DNA of 64,000 bases from Zygnema circumcarinatum SAG 698-1b (lineage: Eukaryota; Plantae; Zygnematophyceae). Made by a program: the position numbers and the translations under genes. Within the stretch, counting starts at the first letter, position 1, and the number at the start of each line of letters is the position of its first letter. This document shows positions 1-13,218 of the stretch, piece by piece. A model generated the notes under the pieces. That model searched no databases. It saw only the letters and a program-made list of their open reading frames with translations, and had not been told where the DNA came from. Location of the stretch: positions 1,364,001 to 1,428,000 of the forward strand of contig CM074806.1 in NCBI GenBank assembly GCA_037447605.1. The letters run 5' to 3'.

Positions 1-181
1 AGGAGAAGCGGGGTCACTTTTAGGGTTGCGGATGAGGCTGCTGGAGCCCTGGCTCCGCTGCGGGCTACCTGCTAAGCAGCTCGTTTGGGTTTCCGTTGCA
101 GAAGTCGTAGCAGGAATTAGAGGATAGGAACAGCTGTTACAAGTAAAGCCTGTGGGCAGGACTTCGATTGGGTCGAAGAAA

Positions 182-3100
182 ATGGCATTTGTTTCCCGCA
201 CCTTCTACCGCGCAGCAACTGCTCTTTTGCCCCTCGTGAAGCCGGGAAGCAGATGCTGCAAACTGCAGTCAGCCGCATTTTGCCCCGGCAATGTGCCCCT
301 TCTTTCGTCCGACCGCTTTTTCCGTCTCTCTTTTTCTCGTGGGCGGGTAACTTACCGAAACACTGTGGAAGCCAAGGCTCTGGCTAAGGCTGCCAAGAAG
401 CCACCGGGCAATGCAGTCCTTCCTTCCGGTGCGGATGACGTACGCGCCAGAAAGGTGGGAGATTGTATGGAGTGTGAATCTGAAAAGCATTTTGGTTGGG
501 TTTGGGTTTAGAAGCTTGACAAAACACTTGTAGGTCGGGAGGATTCAGACTATGCTTACCCAAGCATCTCAAGCCTTGTAGGTTCGGCTGAGCCATTTTT
601 CTATTTGATTTTTGTAGGAAAGTAGCACAGAGCTTGCTTGCATTCTGCAATAAAATTTCCTTATGATCCTTTAATTTGAAATTACGAGAGTATCAACGAA
701 TTGAAGTGTTTGCGTGCTAGAAAGAAGGTTCATATTATTTAAAAAGACCCGAATTCTAGAATTTAAAATTCTCTTTAGACGCTTGAATTTGGCTAGATAT
801 TCAAATCACCATACGATGTTGGCATGATCCTTGTGAAAATACATGCTTTCCAGTAAATATTCATGACAAACCGCAATGTCTATCTTGGAAGGACGGGGAG
901 ACGAAATGGAAAGTCCTGCCTGGAATTTTTAGGCAGTGCTAACAAGAAATTTGGATTTAACTAGGGCAGCTCATAGTCCTGGGCGAGGATATGAAGGTGG
1001 TGCTTGCCTGGGCATCAAGCAATTTGAAAATTAATTGACTTTTTTTGGCTTACCAATAATGTTCAATTTTGGCCGCTGTTTATGTGACATAGGTTGGTCA
1101 TGTAGCATTAAAACGGAGCTGGGAACTTCTTTGGTACAAACAAAGTTTGGGAGCAGCTTTATGAGTGGCAGTTCAGAGGGAAATGGTGATTTGAAAATTC
1201 TTTCTGTCATGTAAGCGGAATCAAGTTAACGTTTATTTTCATGACGAAAGTTGAAGATGTCTTGGCGTGCATGCAGAGGAAAGCTCTGGATGACGTTTTG
1301 GCTGAGGTCAAGAGTCAGCATGGAAATGGAATTATAATGGTGCTTGGTGAATCAGGAACTTCTGAAGTGTACGTTTCATAATTCCCTTACGTGAATTGTA
1401 AATTGTAGCTCACTCGCTCTTTGTTTGTGACTAACTATAGCTGGTCAATCATGATGCCCATATAAGCTGGGCTCCATCTGCAGTTGCTACTACAATCAGA
1501 GTGATCATGCTTGGTTTGAACTGCTGCAGCAATGTTGCTTTCACATCAACTTCTCTCGTTGGAAATGGTCATCTTCTTATTTGGAGCATTGGAAATCACC
1601 AGAAATTGCCTGTCTTGGTTAAGCATCGACTTGTAGAGTTATGCTGAGTATTATCATGACATTGGTGGTATGTTTGTGCATTGTTATCATCGTTGGCCAT
1701 GCATATACTGTTGTAGCTTGCAGCCCCCATTGAGCTTGCCTTGAGCCATTCCAGTTATTGTGCTTCTAACATTGTGGTTTGAGTTGTTCTAGCCTGTTAT
1801 ACCTACAGTGAGACTTGCTTGTCGATGCTGTTGCCTGTGTTCTTGAGCCGTGAGAATTTTGTTGTGCTGATTGCGCAGAGAAATGGTCCCCTCCGGTATC
1901 CTGCCACTTGATGATGTACTTGGAGGAGGGCTTCCAAAGGGCCGCATCCTGGAGGTTAGCTACAATGGTCTGTCCTCTCCGGTCCAAAGTAGACTATCGT
2001 GGTACTTTTCCTGGTTTGACTTAAAAAATTAGAAGTAGGCAATACCCCACATTCAACCAGAGTGCGAATTCAGCGTGTCTGAACTCTTGAACTGCTTTGT
2101 ACAAGTAGAAGGAAATCTTCTTAGAATAATGAAGCTGGAAGGAAAAGGCAGCTAGAAATTGGACTTGTGTCGCAAATATGATGTGTTTATCTCATTGTGA
2201 TTCTTCAAGACGCCATCGGGACATGTGCGATTTGCCGGTAAATAGGAAAGTGGCGATGCTTCCTCATCTTATCCTCTTGACTCCTGGTCATGTTGTCTAC
2301 GGTTGCAGATTTTTGGCCCAGAGAGCAGTGGAAAGACAACCATCGCCCTGCATGCCATTGCAGAAGCGCAGGTCAGTTACTTTTCAGTTTTTAAGCAGTT
2401 TCCACTTCCGTCATTTCTTGCAGGAACTTTAATTGTCTTTCGAAGGGCTGGGCATACATACTTTTCTAGATGAATGAAAACCTTGGTCTGTCTTCGTTTG
2501 GAATTTATGCTCGGGAAACTAACTACAGTCCGAAGGCACTTGATGCGATGCTACTTTTGCCCTGAAATTTGAGTCTATTGGCTGTTTTAGTAAGTTTATG
2601 ATGCCATGCAGTTGCTTTACGGTCTGCTTTCAGCAATTCTTATACCTATTGTATGTTTTCGGGGTGCAATGCTGGGCTTGTTGCCGTTTACTGGATCACG
2701 CAGAAAGCGGGAGAATATGCTCTTCTAGTCGACGCAGAGCATGCATTTGACGAGAAGTATGCCAAAGCGTTAGGGGTGAACGTAGACGAGCTTGTGCTCC
2801 TACAGCCTGATAGCGGCGAGATGGCTTTGCAAAGTAAGCCGACGAACCAATAACATCCATTCCTTCGAATTATCCATGAAGCTTTTTCTGCTTCCTCTCA
2901 TTGGATTGGCTATTATAACTAAAACTGAGTTTGAGACCATTCCCACCTCCTCCACAATTCTTCCCTTGCAGCACCTGTCTCTGGGCATGCAGCTCTCCGG
3001 CTTTACTTATGATTCAGGCATTTGGGATGCATCTGGAAATGCAAACCTGACCACCGCTCATCATCTTCACAATGAGCTTTGTTCGAGCCAAGCTTTATCC

Positions 3101-6100
3101 CTTCCTTCCCCACTGAAGTCCGCTGTTGGGTGGCTCCTTTGTGGCAGCGGTGGACATGGTCATCCGCTCCAACGCAGTGAGCCTCATCTGCATCGACTCT
3201 GTCTCCGCACTCACCCCAAGATCGGAAATTGAGGTGCGTGTGTTTCCCTTTCAAACTTCTTCCTCTGTTTTGAGGTACAGGGGCTCAGTGAATCATAATC
3301 CGAACCACTTATAAACTCTCCACTCTCCCCAGATTTTGTTAACCAGCCATCTTCTGCTATTAGTTGTAGCCTGCATCTGCTATTAGGCGCAAAGGACACT
3401 ATCACCAAAGTCTTCACTGAAAAGATGTTCTTGTGCAAGAGAGGAGAGCTTTGAAGAGGGAGCATGAGTATGAATCATAAGCGCCCGTAAAAGTGGTCAA
3501 CATTGAGAGGTTCTCTTCAATCATTTGGCTTTTGGGAAACCTATCTGGGAACTCGCTAGTTTGAGGTCAGCATGGAACATTGAGAAGTGTCAATGGGTGA
3601 TGAGCTGTGTCGTAAATCCTAGGCCGGAGCAATGATATTTAATTTGTAGCAACTTGAATATCTGTAGGCTTCGGCTGTCTTCGCTTATGTGTCGAGCTTG
3701 AGAAAATACCTCAATCTCGAGAAAATCTTGAATTCCCTTGCATGCTTGACATGGTTGAAAACTTCAGCTTTTTTGGGACTGCCTAGGTCCAAAAAATGCT
3801 TAGATAGACTTTGACAAGAGCCATCAAGAAGAGCCAAGTATGAAGAGAGCAGTAGAGGAGCAGTACACTGGGAGCATTTGTCTCTCGCCATCTGCCACAT
3901 TCCAGTGCTGCTTACTAAGAGTACCTATGTTTAAGGTTGCCTTTGAAGCTACTGGCATCGAACCTCTACTGCAGGATGATATGCCGGCCGTGTTCGCAAT
4001 GGCATGTCATTCTCAATCCTTCATCCTCAGCTTTCTCCATTTGCTGTTTGCTCTAACACTCCCCCGCACGTGTGGTCATCGCAGGCGGACATTGGGCAGC
4101 AGCAGATGGGGACGCAAGCACGCATGATGAGTCAGTCCCTTCGGAAGTTGTCGGCAAATGCATCCAAAGCTGGCTGCACTGTCATCTTCTTAAACCAAAT
4201 TCGATACAAGGCAAAGTGCACACTCCCTCTAATCCTGAGCCTTGTTCTCCGCCGCACGCTGCCATGGCAGTCGTATATCTTTGGTTATAATTTGTCTTTG
4301 GACAATGGTTAGTATAGAAAAACATGGTGGTATGTTCCGGCAAAAACTAGGGAGTAAGCGTTTTTAGTGTAAAATTTGCGAAACAAAAGGTCACCAGAAG
4401 CTTGCTGTATTATCTTTAGTTTTTAGTGTAATGGCGAAACGCGTTCCTTCCTCTCCCTATTAATGATGCATTCTCTGCTTATCGAGTCCTCTGTGGATGA
4501 CACCTACTTGTCGTTGTCTCTTGTCCTTTTCCCCCTCAGCCTTTTTCTTGTCATCTCCCTTGTCCTGTTTCTCTTTTTTAAACCTACTGGGTTATGGCTA
4601 CCCTCTATTGTCAGCCCTAAGTGAACCTTGATCCATGGAATCTCAATCAGCTCCTTATCGCACGGACCAGAAGAAATGCATGGTAGCATTTTATTGCATT
4701 CGTCAAAGTGGTGTTTGGCACCTTTGAGGGTTAGCACTGAAATACGTCAGAAATTTCTCATCATAGGATTCAAGCATGCCGTACGGACGAGGGTCACGGA
4801 ACCCTAGTTCTACCCTTTGAAAATCCGAACCGTTTTTGGGTCTAACCAATTTTGTGAGGGCATGTGTGACGAGTCCCTATTTCACTCAAAAATGGTGACC
4901 AGCATATGTACACGTAATAACGGCGACGACTGGTTGAATGCTTATTTTGGCATGCAGGTCGGCGTCTTTTACGGGAGTCCAGAAACCACGAGTGGGGGGA
5001 ATGCCTTGAAGTTCTATGCCTCCGTGCGCTTGGATGTTCGTGTTGCGGGCAGACTGAAATCGGTAATTCAGTTTCCGTTACTAGTGGTTCCGTTACTTCT
5101 CTGCACATGTGCCTGCCTCGATTGCACTGCTCCCATTTCCAATTGGTCTGTAACTTGCACAGCTTGAAAAGCACATGCGGAGGGTTATGCAGCGTTTTGG
5201 AGCACTGTCTTCCAAATAAATTCGGTTGCATGAACAGTTTGCCAGTAAGGTATATCCTGCCGGGATATTTCCGTGTTCAATTTGTCATCCCTTTCGTTAA
5301 GGAATTTAATGTGAATTTAAAAAAAAAAAATTGGCCTTGGGGAGGGCACAGGCCACTGAAGATATCGGTATTCGGGTGAAAGTCAAAGTGGTAAAGTCAA
5401 AGGTACACAACATCACTGACCTATTGGAAGGAAAATGGACCCATGCTAAGGGCTTGTGAAACTGCATACATTGAAAAGGATGTGCCCGTTCTTGTTTCTA
5501 CTTAAAAAAATACTGAAAAATCTAGCTTTCCTGGTTGCTAAAGCCTTTCTATTATTCCTCGTCTGACTCCATTATTTTCGTAGAACGTGTTGTGCTCGAA
5601 CTGAACTGAAGGTGGAGCTGCACGCATGGTTTAGGCAGGGAAACTGTTCTTCAGCACAGCCAATGTGGTTTTGAAGATAGTTCGCTTCCCACAATCATTA
5701 AAAGATATTGATTCCTGCCATAGAAAAGCAATTAATGATAAAAAGTGTGTGTGACAAGGATTTGTGATGGCTGCCTGTCAGCCTCTCATCGAGCATGTTT
5801 GTGCAGGTGTCCAGGCCATCCAGGGTGGCGGAGTTTGACATAATGTTTGGAACGGGGGTTTCTAGAGTGGTGAGCCTCCCTCTACTTGTCCTGCTCTCAA
5901 GTTGTAGCAAGCTTCTGTGAGAATCAGGGAGGATCTACTTCAGGACCAGTAGCGGCATGATGAGGTTTCCCGTTTGAGCTGAATATAGGATGAACACTAG
6001 AAAGAATGAGAGTAGCACAAAAACGTTCTTGTCAAACCCTTAATTACTTCATGTTGTGAACCTGAGGGTGCAGTCCGGTTGCTTAGGCAAGGGGGGGCAT

Positions 6101-7747
6101 TCATGGGCCCGACGAAGCTTTGCTTATTGGGAGAAAATCACAGACGAATTTTGTTCATGTTGAGCAAAGGAAAATGATGTAAAAAATATTTGGCTTAGGT
6201 TGATTACGTGCGCTGCCTGAAGGGATGCAGAGGCAGTCAGTTACCAGTTGCCAAGTGGTAAACGAGTTGTCAAATAGCAGATCTGTTGAGGGAGAGAGTG
6301 AATGAGTGAAAGAAGCTGCAAGTCAGGTGTAGCTGCATTCACAATTTCTGTAGCTCAGTTTTGGGCCGGCATTTACTAATACTCTAAAATGTTTGTTATT
6401 GGCTGTGTAGGGTTGCGTCGTCGATGTTGCTGAGAAACTGGGAGTGCTACAGAGAAAGGGTGCCTGGTACAGCTATAACAATACAAAGTAATTTCTCTCT
6501 CCTCATCCGATTACAAGTGCATGATGCATCCCTGTCAGCTGCAGTGCAGCTATAGAGGTAACACGAACTGTCCTTGTGCTCAAATATGTACCACTTATCT
6601 CAAGGCTTGCAGGTATCTAATAGCAACCTTCTCCATGTTGCCTCTGCTTCTTCTGTAGTAGTGCATGCTTCTATGAGGAGCTCATACTTCGGGATTTGTG
6701 TGTGAGGGACAGCTGGGGGCAGGGCCGAGACAAAGTGGTGCAGTACTTGGAAAGCAACCCTGAACAATGCGACATGTTAGAGAAGGTATGGCTCTTATGA
6801 TGCTTGGACTGCTGCTTGCTGTGAATGCTGAGGACTCTGCTTACAGGTGGAGTAGCTTGTGGTTGAACTACCTCGGAACCATAGTCACAACGTCCTTTGG
6901 ATGAGCATGTTTTATCCAGATTGGCCTTCAATATGGCAATTACATATTGTATACATATTTGTCTTCACACTATTTAAATGTGTTGTATGAGCCTTAGCCC
7001 TAACATGAGGGGCCACTTGCTCGTGTTGTTGGAGGCGCCCGAAAAGCACATTTAGAAGAATCATGCAAGTGGCTGTATGGGCGTCAACTAAGACATGTTG
7101 TGTCTATACCGACGAATCTCAATCTTGGGAGGAAAGTACATTCTTATCGGTTTCTTATATGAGCTGTTCCTAGATTGTGAGTTGCCATGTTGTAGAGGCA
7201 GACGATGCCGAGGAGTGAGTCCATAGGTGGGCACGCTATGTGTTGTTGAGTTGATGATAGGGATGACGAGCAAAACCCAGATTGAATTGCAAGTTCTCTG
7301 AAATGATCTTGACTTGGACTCTCGATTGATGCCTATTTTTAGCTTTCTATGCCAATTTTCAAGGTCTTTTGGTGGTTTATTGTGAAAAAAGCTGCTTTGC
7401 CAGGTCACTCTGCTGTCATGGGACCGTTTAGTTGTTGTTGGAATTCACCATTATTTTGCTGCCTCACTTTCCCTTCTCTTCTAGTCCTTTGGTCTTTTTC
7501 TTTCTTCCTTGCTTCTCTCTTTACCTTCTCTACCCCTTCACCTCCTCTCCCTCTGCTAGGGACTTTTTCCGTCTAACCGGTATCTCGGTGTTTGTTTTGT
7601 GGTCAGCTTGTACGGAAACAAATGGCAGAGACAAGGTCTGGGGGGCCTGCAGCAAGCAATGGCCTGATCGAATCCGACATAGAAATAGACGCCGATGAGG
7701 AGGGAGAGGACAGTGACTCGGCCCTCCCTCCCTTGGAAGAACGGTGA
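182..7747 (+). CDS. recA: Organellar (plastid-type, RECA1-like) recombinase A, 13 exons: 182-454, 1277-1368, 1879-1954, 2309-2371, 2704-2833, 3148-3233, 4085-4210, 4958-5062, 5352-5402, 5807-5869, 6411-6487, 6713-6785, 7607-7747
   Basis: Spliced exons give [23 protein letters not shown] (Walker A), [18 protein letters not shown] (Walker B), [40 protein letters not shown] and an acidic tail. All phases are consistent. The N-terminus is Ser/Arg/Ala-rich like a transit peptide. Intron 7 is GC-AG. Confidence 0.95.
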
Positions 7748-8991
7748 ATGTGGGAGAGGGGGGGTGGGAGGTAGGAGGTACCTGCAGGGACAGCTAACCC
7801 TGTGGCCTCAGTTTGGAGGGCGTAATGGGCCTTATGTATAGGTGAGGAGGAATAAGCTGCTGCCATGCTTCTCTACCTCTATCCTGCAGCCTTCGGGTTT
7901 TGTATGAAGGTTAACCTCTGTGACATGGAAGACTTTAGGAGATGCAGCATACAAGAAATGCACCTCACCAGCACCTTCTGGAAGGCTGGCTAATCTCTTT
8001 CTACCAGTAAGTTTGTCGAAGGGGCATCGATCGTACTTGGAACCTGTCTGAGGGAATACTGTGTAGTGGAATATTCCTTAACGAAGGCTTTTATTTACAG
8101 TCAAGTAAAGTATCCGGTTAGGGTATGTTCGCCATATGCACGCTCGTTTGCCAGTCGCGCTCTGTGTTCGGGGTAAATACTGAAGTCTACAAACTCCTTG
8201 GCCGACAGTACTTGATTTGAACAAAACAAAATGTTTGCCGATGTGGCACTGGTTCGACTCCGTACAGCAAGGCCACTGAACACCACCTGGCGTCTATCCA
8301 GCCTTCAACGAATGGCTGCAGTCCTTATACAAATGCGGTTTCTCTAAAAGTGGTTCCTTGACGCGCAGTAGGCCGATTGTATACCAGAGCGGGCTATCTA
8401 AATCTGGATGAAGGAACCAAAACTGACTTTAGACAGCTTTACTCCATCAACGAGTGCTGCCATTTGCTCACATCAGTCTCCGATGAGAGTTGTGAAGCGC
8501 ATGCACAGATGGCAAGCCCGTCTGCAGCTTTAGCCCTCTGTAAAATCCCCCGCCCATGCTTCCTGCCAATCGGAAGCAAGTAAACCGGCCACACACATGA
8601 AACCACAAAGATGAGATGGAAACCACGTGTTTTCCTTCAACTCAAGCTTTCCTCGGACAGCTCCACAGGCATCCCCGCCTGTTGACAGCTTACAACTGCA
8701 CGCTGTGACTCTCAGAGATTCAGCTGGCAATGCCTACCTATGCTACAGTTCTACCTGCAGACAGCCCTAGCAGAGGTTATGCGGCAAAGGAAGGAAGACC
8801 AGCCAGCTCTCTTCCCTTCCGGACATTAATTATGGAGCTCTGGTAGACGCTGCTGGATGGACCACTAGGCTGCTGATCAAAATTGGGACGCTGCAAAAAA
8901 CGTGTGCCTTTCCAGCAGGCCTACTTCTGTTGAATAGAACAGGTCAGTTCAGTTGTAAGTTATTGAATCTGCAATGGCTTATACTCGTGCC

Positions 8992-11900
8992 TTACACCAA
9001 TGACAACTCGCCAGCTGGCACTGAGCCCTTCTTCAAGTTGAGATAGAATTCATTGGTTTCCTTGATGACCTTGAGGGCATATTCCTGCAAAAACAACTCA
9101 AAGAAATCGTCATATGATACCCAAGAGACACTGTCTTCAAACGCTATCAGTTTGGAAAAACATATGTCGTGCCCTCCTCCTTCATCAAAGGGGAAGAGAG
9201 CAGTCCAATTGTCCTGCTTGGCCATGTAAAATCAGTGCCCTGGTTCGTCTCTTGGAGAAACTCCAAAGAATCTTCATCGTCAAGCAAATAGGACACTCTG
9301 GAAAGTAAGAAAGGATAGGAAGGATTTATAAACGAAGCAGAATCAAAGTACTGACCTTGTTGGCTGGCTTGTTATCCAAGCCAAACTTATTGGCTGGCTT
9401 GCCATCAGGGATTTTGTAATCCCGGAACCAGTCACGAATGGCTGTCAAAGTACCCTGCAAACCATGAAGCAAAACCCATTCACTTAAAATTCCGCAACAG
9501 GGTTGACCTTCAAACCCCTGAAAAGTGTCATCGATAAGCCTGAATGGGCATTAGCGCAGGTGCCAATCACAGCACGAGCGATTTCTTTAACAACTGACTT
9601 CCAAAAACGCAAACGAGCATGCAGATACCTCACAACCTCAGCAATGGAAAGGACAAGCCTCAGTCAGTCATTGCCACAAAGTACAAGAATTGCATTCAAG
9701 CCACCTTCTCCTTGTCTATTTGACGAATTTCTTGGACCTTTTAAGTCTTTCTTCCGTATCGGTTCAACCATAAGGTTGTGAGAGAAACGTACAGGGAAAA
9801 CCTTCTCGACATCTTCCATGTCATTCACTTCTGCAGCCTTGGGGTCATCGGCTCTAATTGCAATAACCTTCCAGTCCAGCTCTCCCTCATCGATCATAGC
9901 CAAGACAGCAAGCGGCTTCACTGAATAAACTTCTCCCATCTTAGCAACTGCCTCACCGATCTCCACCACGTCAACTGGATATACAACACACAAGATATTC
10001 GTCAAGCACTGATACAAAAAGGATTTTAAAGATTAACAATTACGAACAACACAAGAGACGGTTTAGCTCACAAAATACGTAGAGAACGAGAAACCCAGAA
10101 GTATAGGTTGCTGGTGAAGGACTGCAATCTATTAAAGCAAGGTACGACAAATGAGGCATAACTACGGACTGCTTATACATGAGAAAACCAAGCTACCAAA
10201 ACCTTGTCTATTAGGCACATTAATGTAAACCAACCAAGCACTAAACACCTCATGAGCACCTCCTTTTTGCAGTTCCAAAAGGCCGATAGGCAAGTGGCCC
10301 AGAACCTCACATTCCATATAATTTAGAACTCCGGACCAGGAATAAACATGTTTAAACAATAAAAAATTCTTAGTCACGAATGCCAAACCATTGCAAGTGG
10401 TCTATTGGATGAGAAGTGTAACGTTCATTGACGTAGTCAGCACTCATCGATCAACTGAAACTCACCAGGATCATTGTCTCCAAAGCAGTTCTCAACCTCT
10501 GCGTTGGCATGGGAAGGATCCTCCCAAGTCTGTGGAAGTAAGCCGTAGTTCCAGTTAATGTTGTACCTGAAGGAGCCAAAGAGCCATCCTTAGTGAGCTG
10601 CTGTAGGACTGAACATAAAGATCTTGTAGCAGAACGCCTGACTTCTGCGACTATCAATAAAGCTGAAATCCTTAAAGCCTAAATTGAGTTCGCCGTTTGC
10701 AAAATCCATTGAGGAAGTGTAGGATCACTGCCTCAGGATGAACCATATCTATACACACTTGATTATGAAGTTTCACTTTGGCACTTCAGGACATAGCCAT
10801 GGACGGACGATGGTCCAAGGACAATCGACGATGCCCTGGCAATGGTTATCGTACTTCTGGTACGCAAAAAAATGGCATTCAGGGTACTCAGCAGAAGCTC
10901 TGATCAACGGTACCCTCACATTGTTCTCAGCAATGCAACTAAGAAGTAAAGTACACTTCTATGACGCATTAACCCCGTTCAACAACCATTGCAGAAAACA
11001 AACGACTCACGGGTAAAGGCGCAGTTTGCCCTTCTTCGTATCTTGCTTGATGGGAGTATTAGGCTCCTCTGTGGCAACCTCCATCTTGGCCCTCGTCTCC
11101 TTTGGAATTTCACACACGAAATTGAACAGGCCATTTCCAGCTTCTAGAGGGATGTCATGCCAAGGGGAAACCTGCATTGTCATCCAAAGAACAAGTGAAA
11201 AAAGATGGAGTGTTTCAAAGATCGTTCATTTTGTGGCTTGCAATTCAGAACATGAAGTACAGCGAAAGAACTAGCTACTGGCTTGCATTGCAAGAAGAAA
11301 GCTAAGTTAACACGACGTTTTATTCTTGCTATATTGGGAAGCACTTCGAGTCAGCAATGAAGTTAAGTGATAACGTCTGTTAATATGAGACGATACCACA
11401 AAATGTTGTGAGTTCTCTAAGCTTGCAGACCTATGGGACGATCTGACAAGTCTGCAGTCAATGCACAATGCATAAAATGGAGTCGGTGAAGTGATCTGCG
11501 TCAGCCCGTATAATGCAGTAATGCCGAACAAGGTGTAAGCTTAATACCAATGAAAACATAGAGTTTTACCATAAGTGGAGTTTCAAAACAGTAACACTTG
11601 CAAGACGTTAAAGAACTTCACACACCGTTTGGCCCGAAACATCGTTGAAGAAAATTCTGTACTCCAAAGTCTCAAACACTCCCTCCTCCTTCGTTGTGTA
11701 TGCAGCCTTTGTGATGGCCCGTCGAATGGTAGACCTGCAGGACGTCCAAAGGTAACATCAGCAGATCAATAAGATATTAACACAAACCAAAACTTCATGC
11801 AAAAAAACTAAGGACAGCCATCAGCATTGCTGCATGTAGGGACAGCAGCTTCCGTCAACATCCGAAGAAAAAAATGAACTTCAAGCCTCCACGCAATACC

Positions 11901-12159
11901 GTCCCTGTTAAACAATGCAAACATGCGCCTTACTTGTAAGAGATGCTCACTCGACTTACAAACATCTCTATTTAAAGCTACCTCACCTTGCAACAACCTT
12001 CTCAGAAACGAAGGTGGCAGCTCCAAAGAGTGCCGAGCGAGAAAGGCCTGAAGCAGACACGACCGCTCGCTGAGACACGCGTTGAGCCGCCCTTCCAGCA
12101 ACGGAGAGCGAGCCCCCCTGGGCGACAGGCAGCGTGCAGACGGCGCGAAGAGCAGCCAT
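8992..12159 (-). CDS. PPA: Soluble inorganic pyrophosphatase, plastid type (PPa6-like), 7 exons: 12159-11987, 11734-11626, 11171-11011, 10566-10466, 9974-9793, 9454-9356, 9084-8992
   Basis: [94 protein letters not shown] junctions are in phase, the start has gccATGG context, and the N-terminus looks like a transit peptide. Confidence 0.95.
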
Positions 12160-12520
12160 GGCGGGCAGCGAGGGAGGCGGAAGGAGGGCGGTGCGGATCG
12201 GGAGACGGCGCGAGAGAGAGCGGGGGCGACCTTCAGAGAGAGAGCGCGGAGGGCCGCAGGGAACGAGGGGCGGAGAAGGGGCCGGGCCGGCCACGTGGCA
12301 GACCGTAATTGGCCAGTTTTGGAGGCCCTTGTTTAAAGGATAGCCATAAAGGCTTTACATGCGAAAAAATTGGGGCAGATTTTACTGGGAACTGCGACAT
12401 GGAAACGGTCCTGAAGGTCAGCTTCGACGAGGTTATGGCTCTTGAACATTAAGGCTTTGTTTCAAAAATCTCAACGTCTTCGTTGTTTCGCATTCTGAGC
12501 TTCGGTACCGATGTGAAGGT

Positions 12521-12616
12521 GGGGAAAATGGCATTGACCTCACGAGGGCGAGGCCATCAAATGTACATAGACAAGAGCAGCATGGGAAACCACGAGGGAC
12601 TGGTCGCAAAGGATCC
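12521..12616 (+). repeat. Dispersed ~95-bp repeat, copy A, followed by a 38-bp tandem duplication (12599-12636 / 12637-12674)
   Basis: ggcattgacctcacgagggcgaggccatcaaatgtacatagacaagagcagcatgggaaaccacgagggactggtcgcaaaggatcc aligns with the copies at 30600, 32471, 37493 and 53097. Confidence 0.9.
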
Positions 12617-13218
12617 AAGCACAAAAGAAAAGAGCTACTGGTCGCAAAGGATCCAAGCACAAAAGAAAGGAGCTAAGAGATGTGAAGGGGAACGTATGGC
12701 AATATAACTTCGAAATGGACCTAAAAACTGCACTCTCTTGAAATCTTCTGAAACCTTCTCTCTTGAAGCCTGTTCCCTTTCTTGAACTCTTCTGAACTTG
12801 AGGAGTGAAGACATGCAGCAATGCTAACCGCATCTGGACAGACACATCGGCAGAACAACTCCGTGCAGTGTCCAAGATGCTTCAACAAGATTAACCGTTC
12901 TACAACAAAAGCAATCGGATAGAAAAGCGTTGCATACTGTACGAAAAAACCGTGAAGCTGACTGTGAGGTTACTATTACAGCACATCCATGTTGCCAACC
13001 TGGAAGCAGGATAATGGCGCTCCAACAACTTGGTAGATGTCTGATGAAGGCGAAAGGAGCCCCGATGCTCTGAAAAGGTGCATCTTCTTTGTCTGCAGCA
13101 TGGCAGGGGGTGAGAGTGCCAGCCCGACTGCCTGGCTGCTTTCCAAAGCAGCCCGGATTGTTTTTTGTTTCTTTAAACCATATGTAGTTCTGCTTTCCCT
13201 CCTTGGAACTATCAACTG

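Noticed and set aside
8251-8261. GGTTCGACTCC, a perfect tRNA T-loop/B-box
   Set aside because: No D-arm, anticodon arm or acceptor stem can be built around it.
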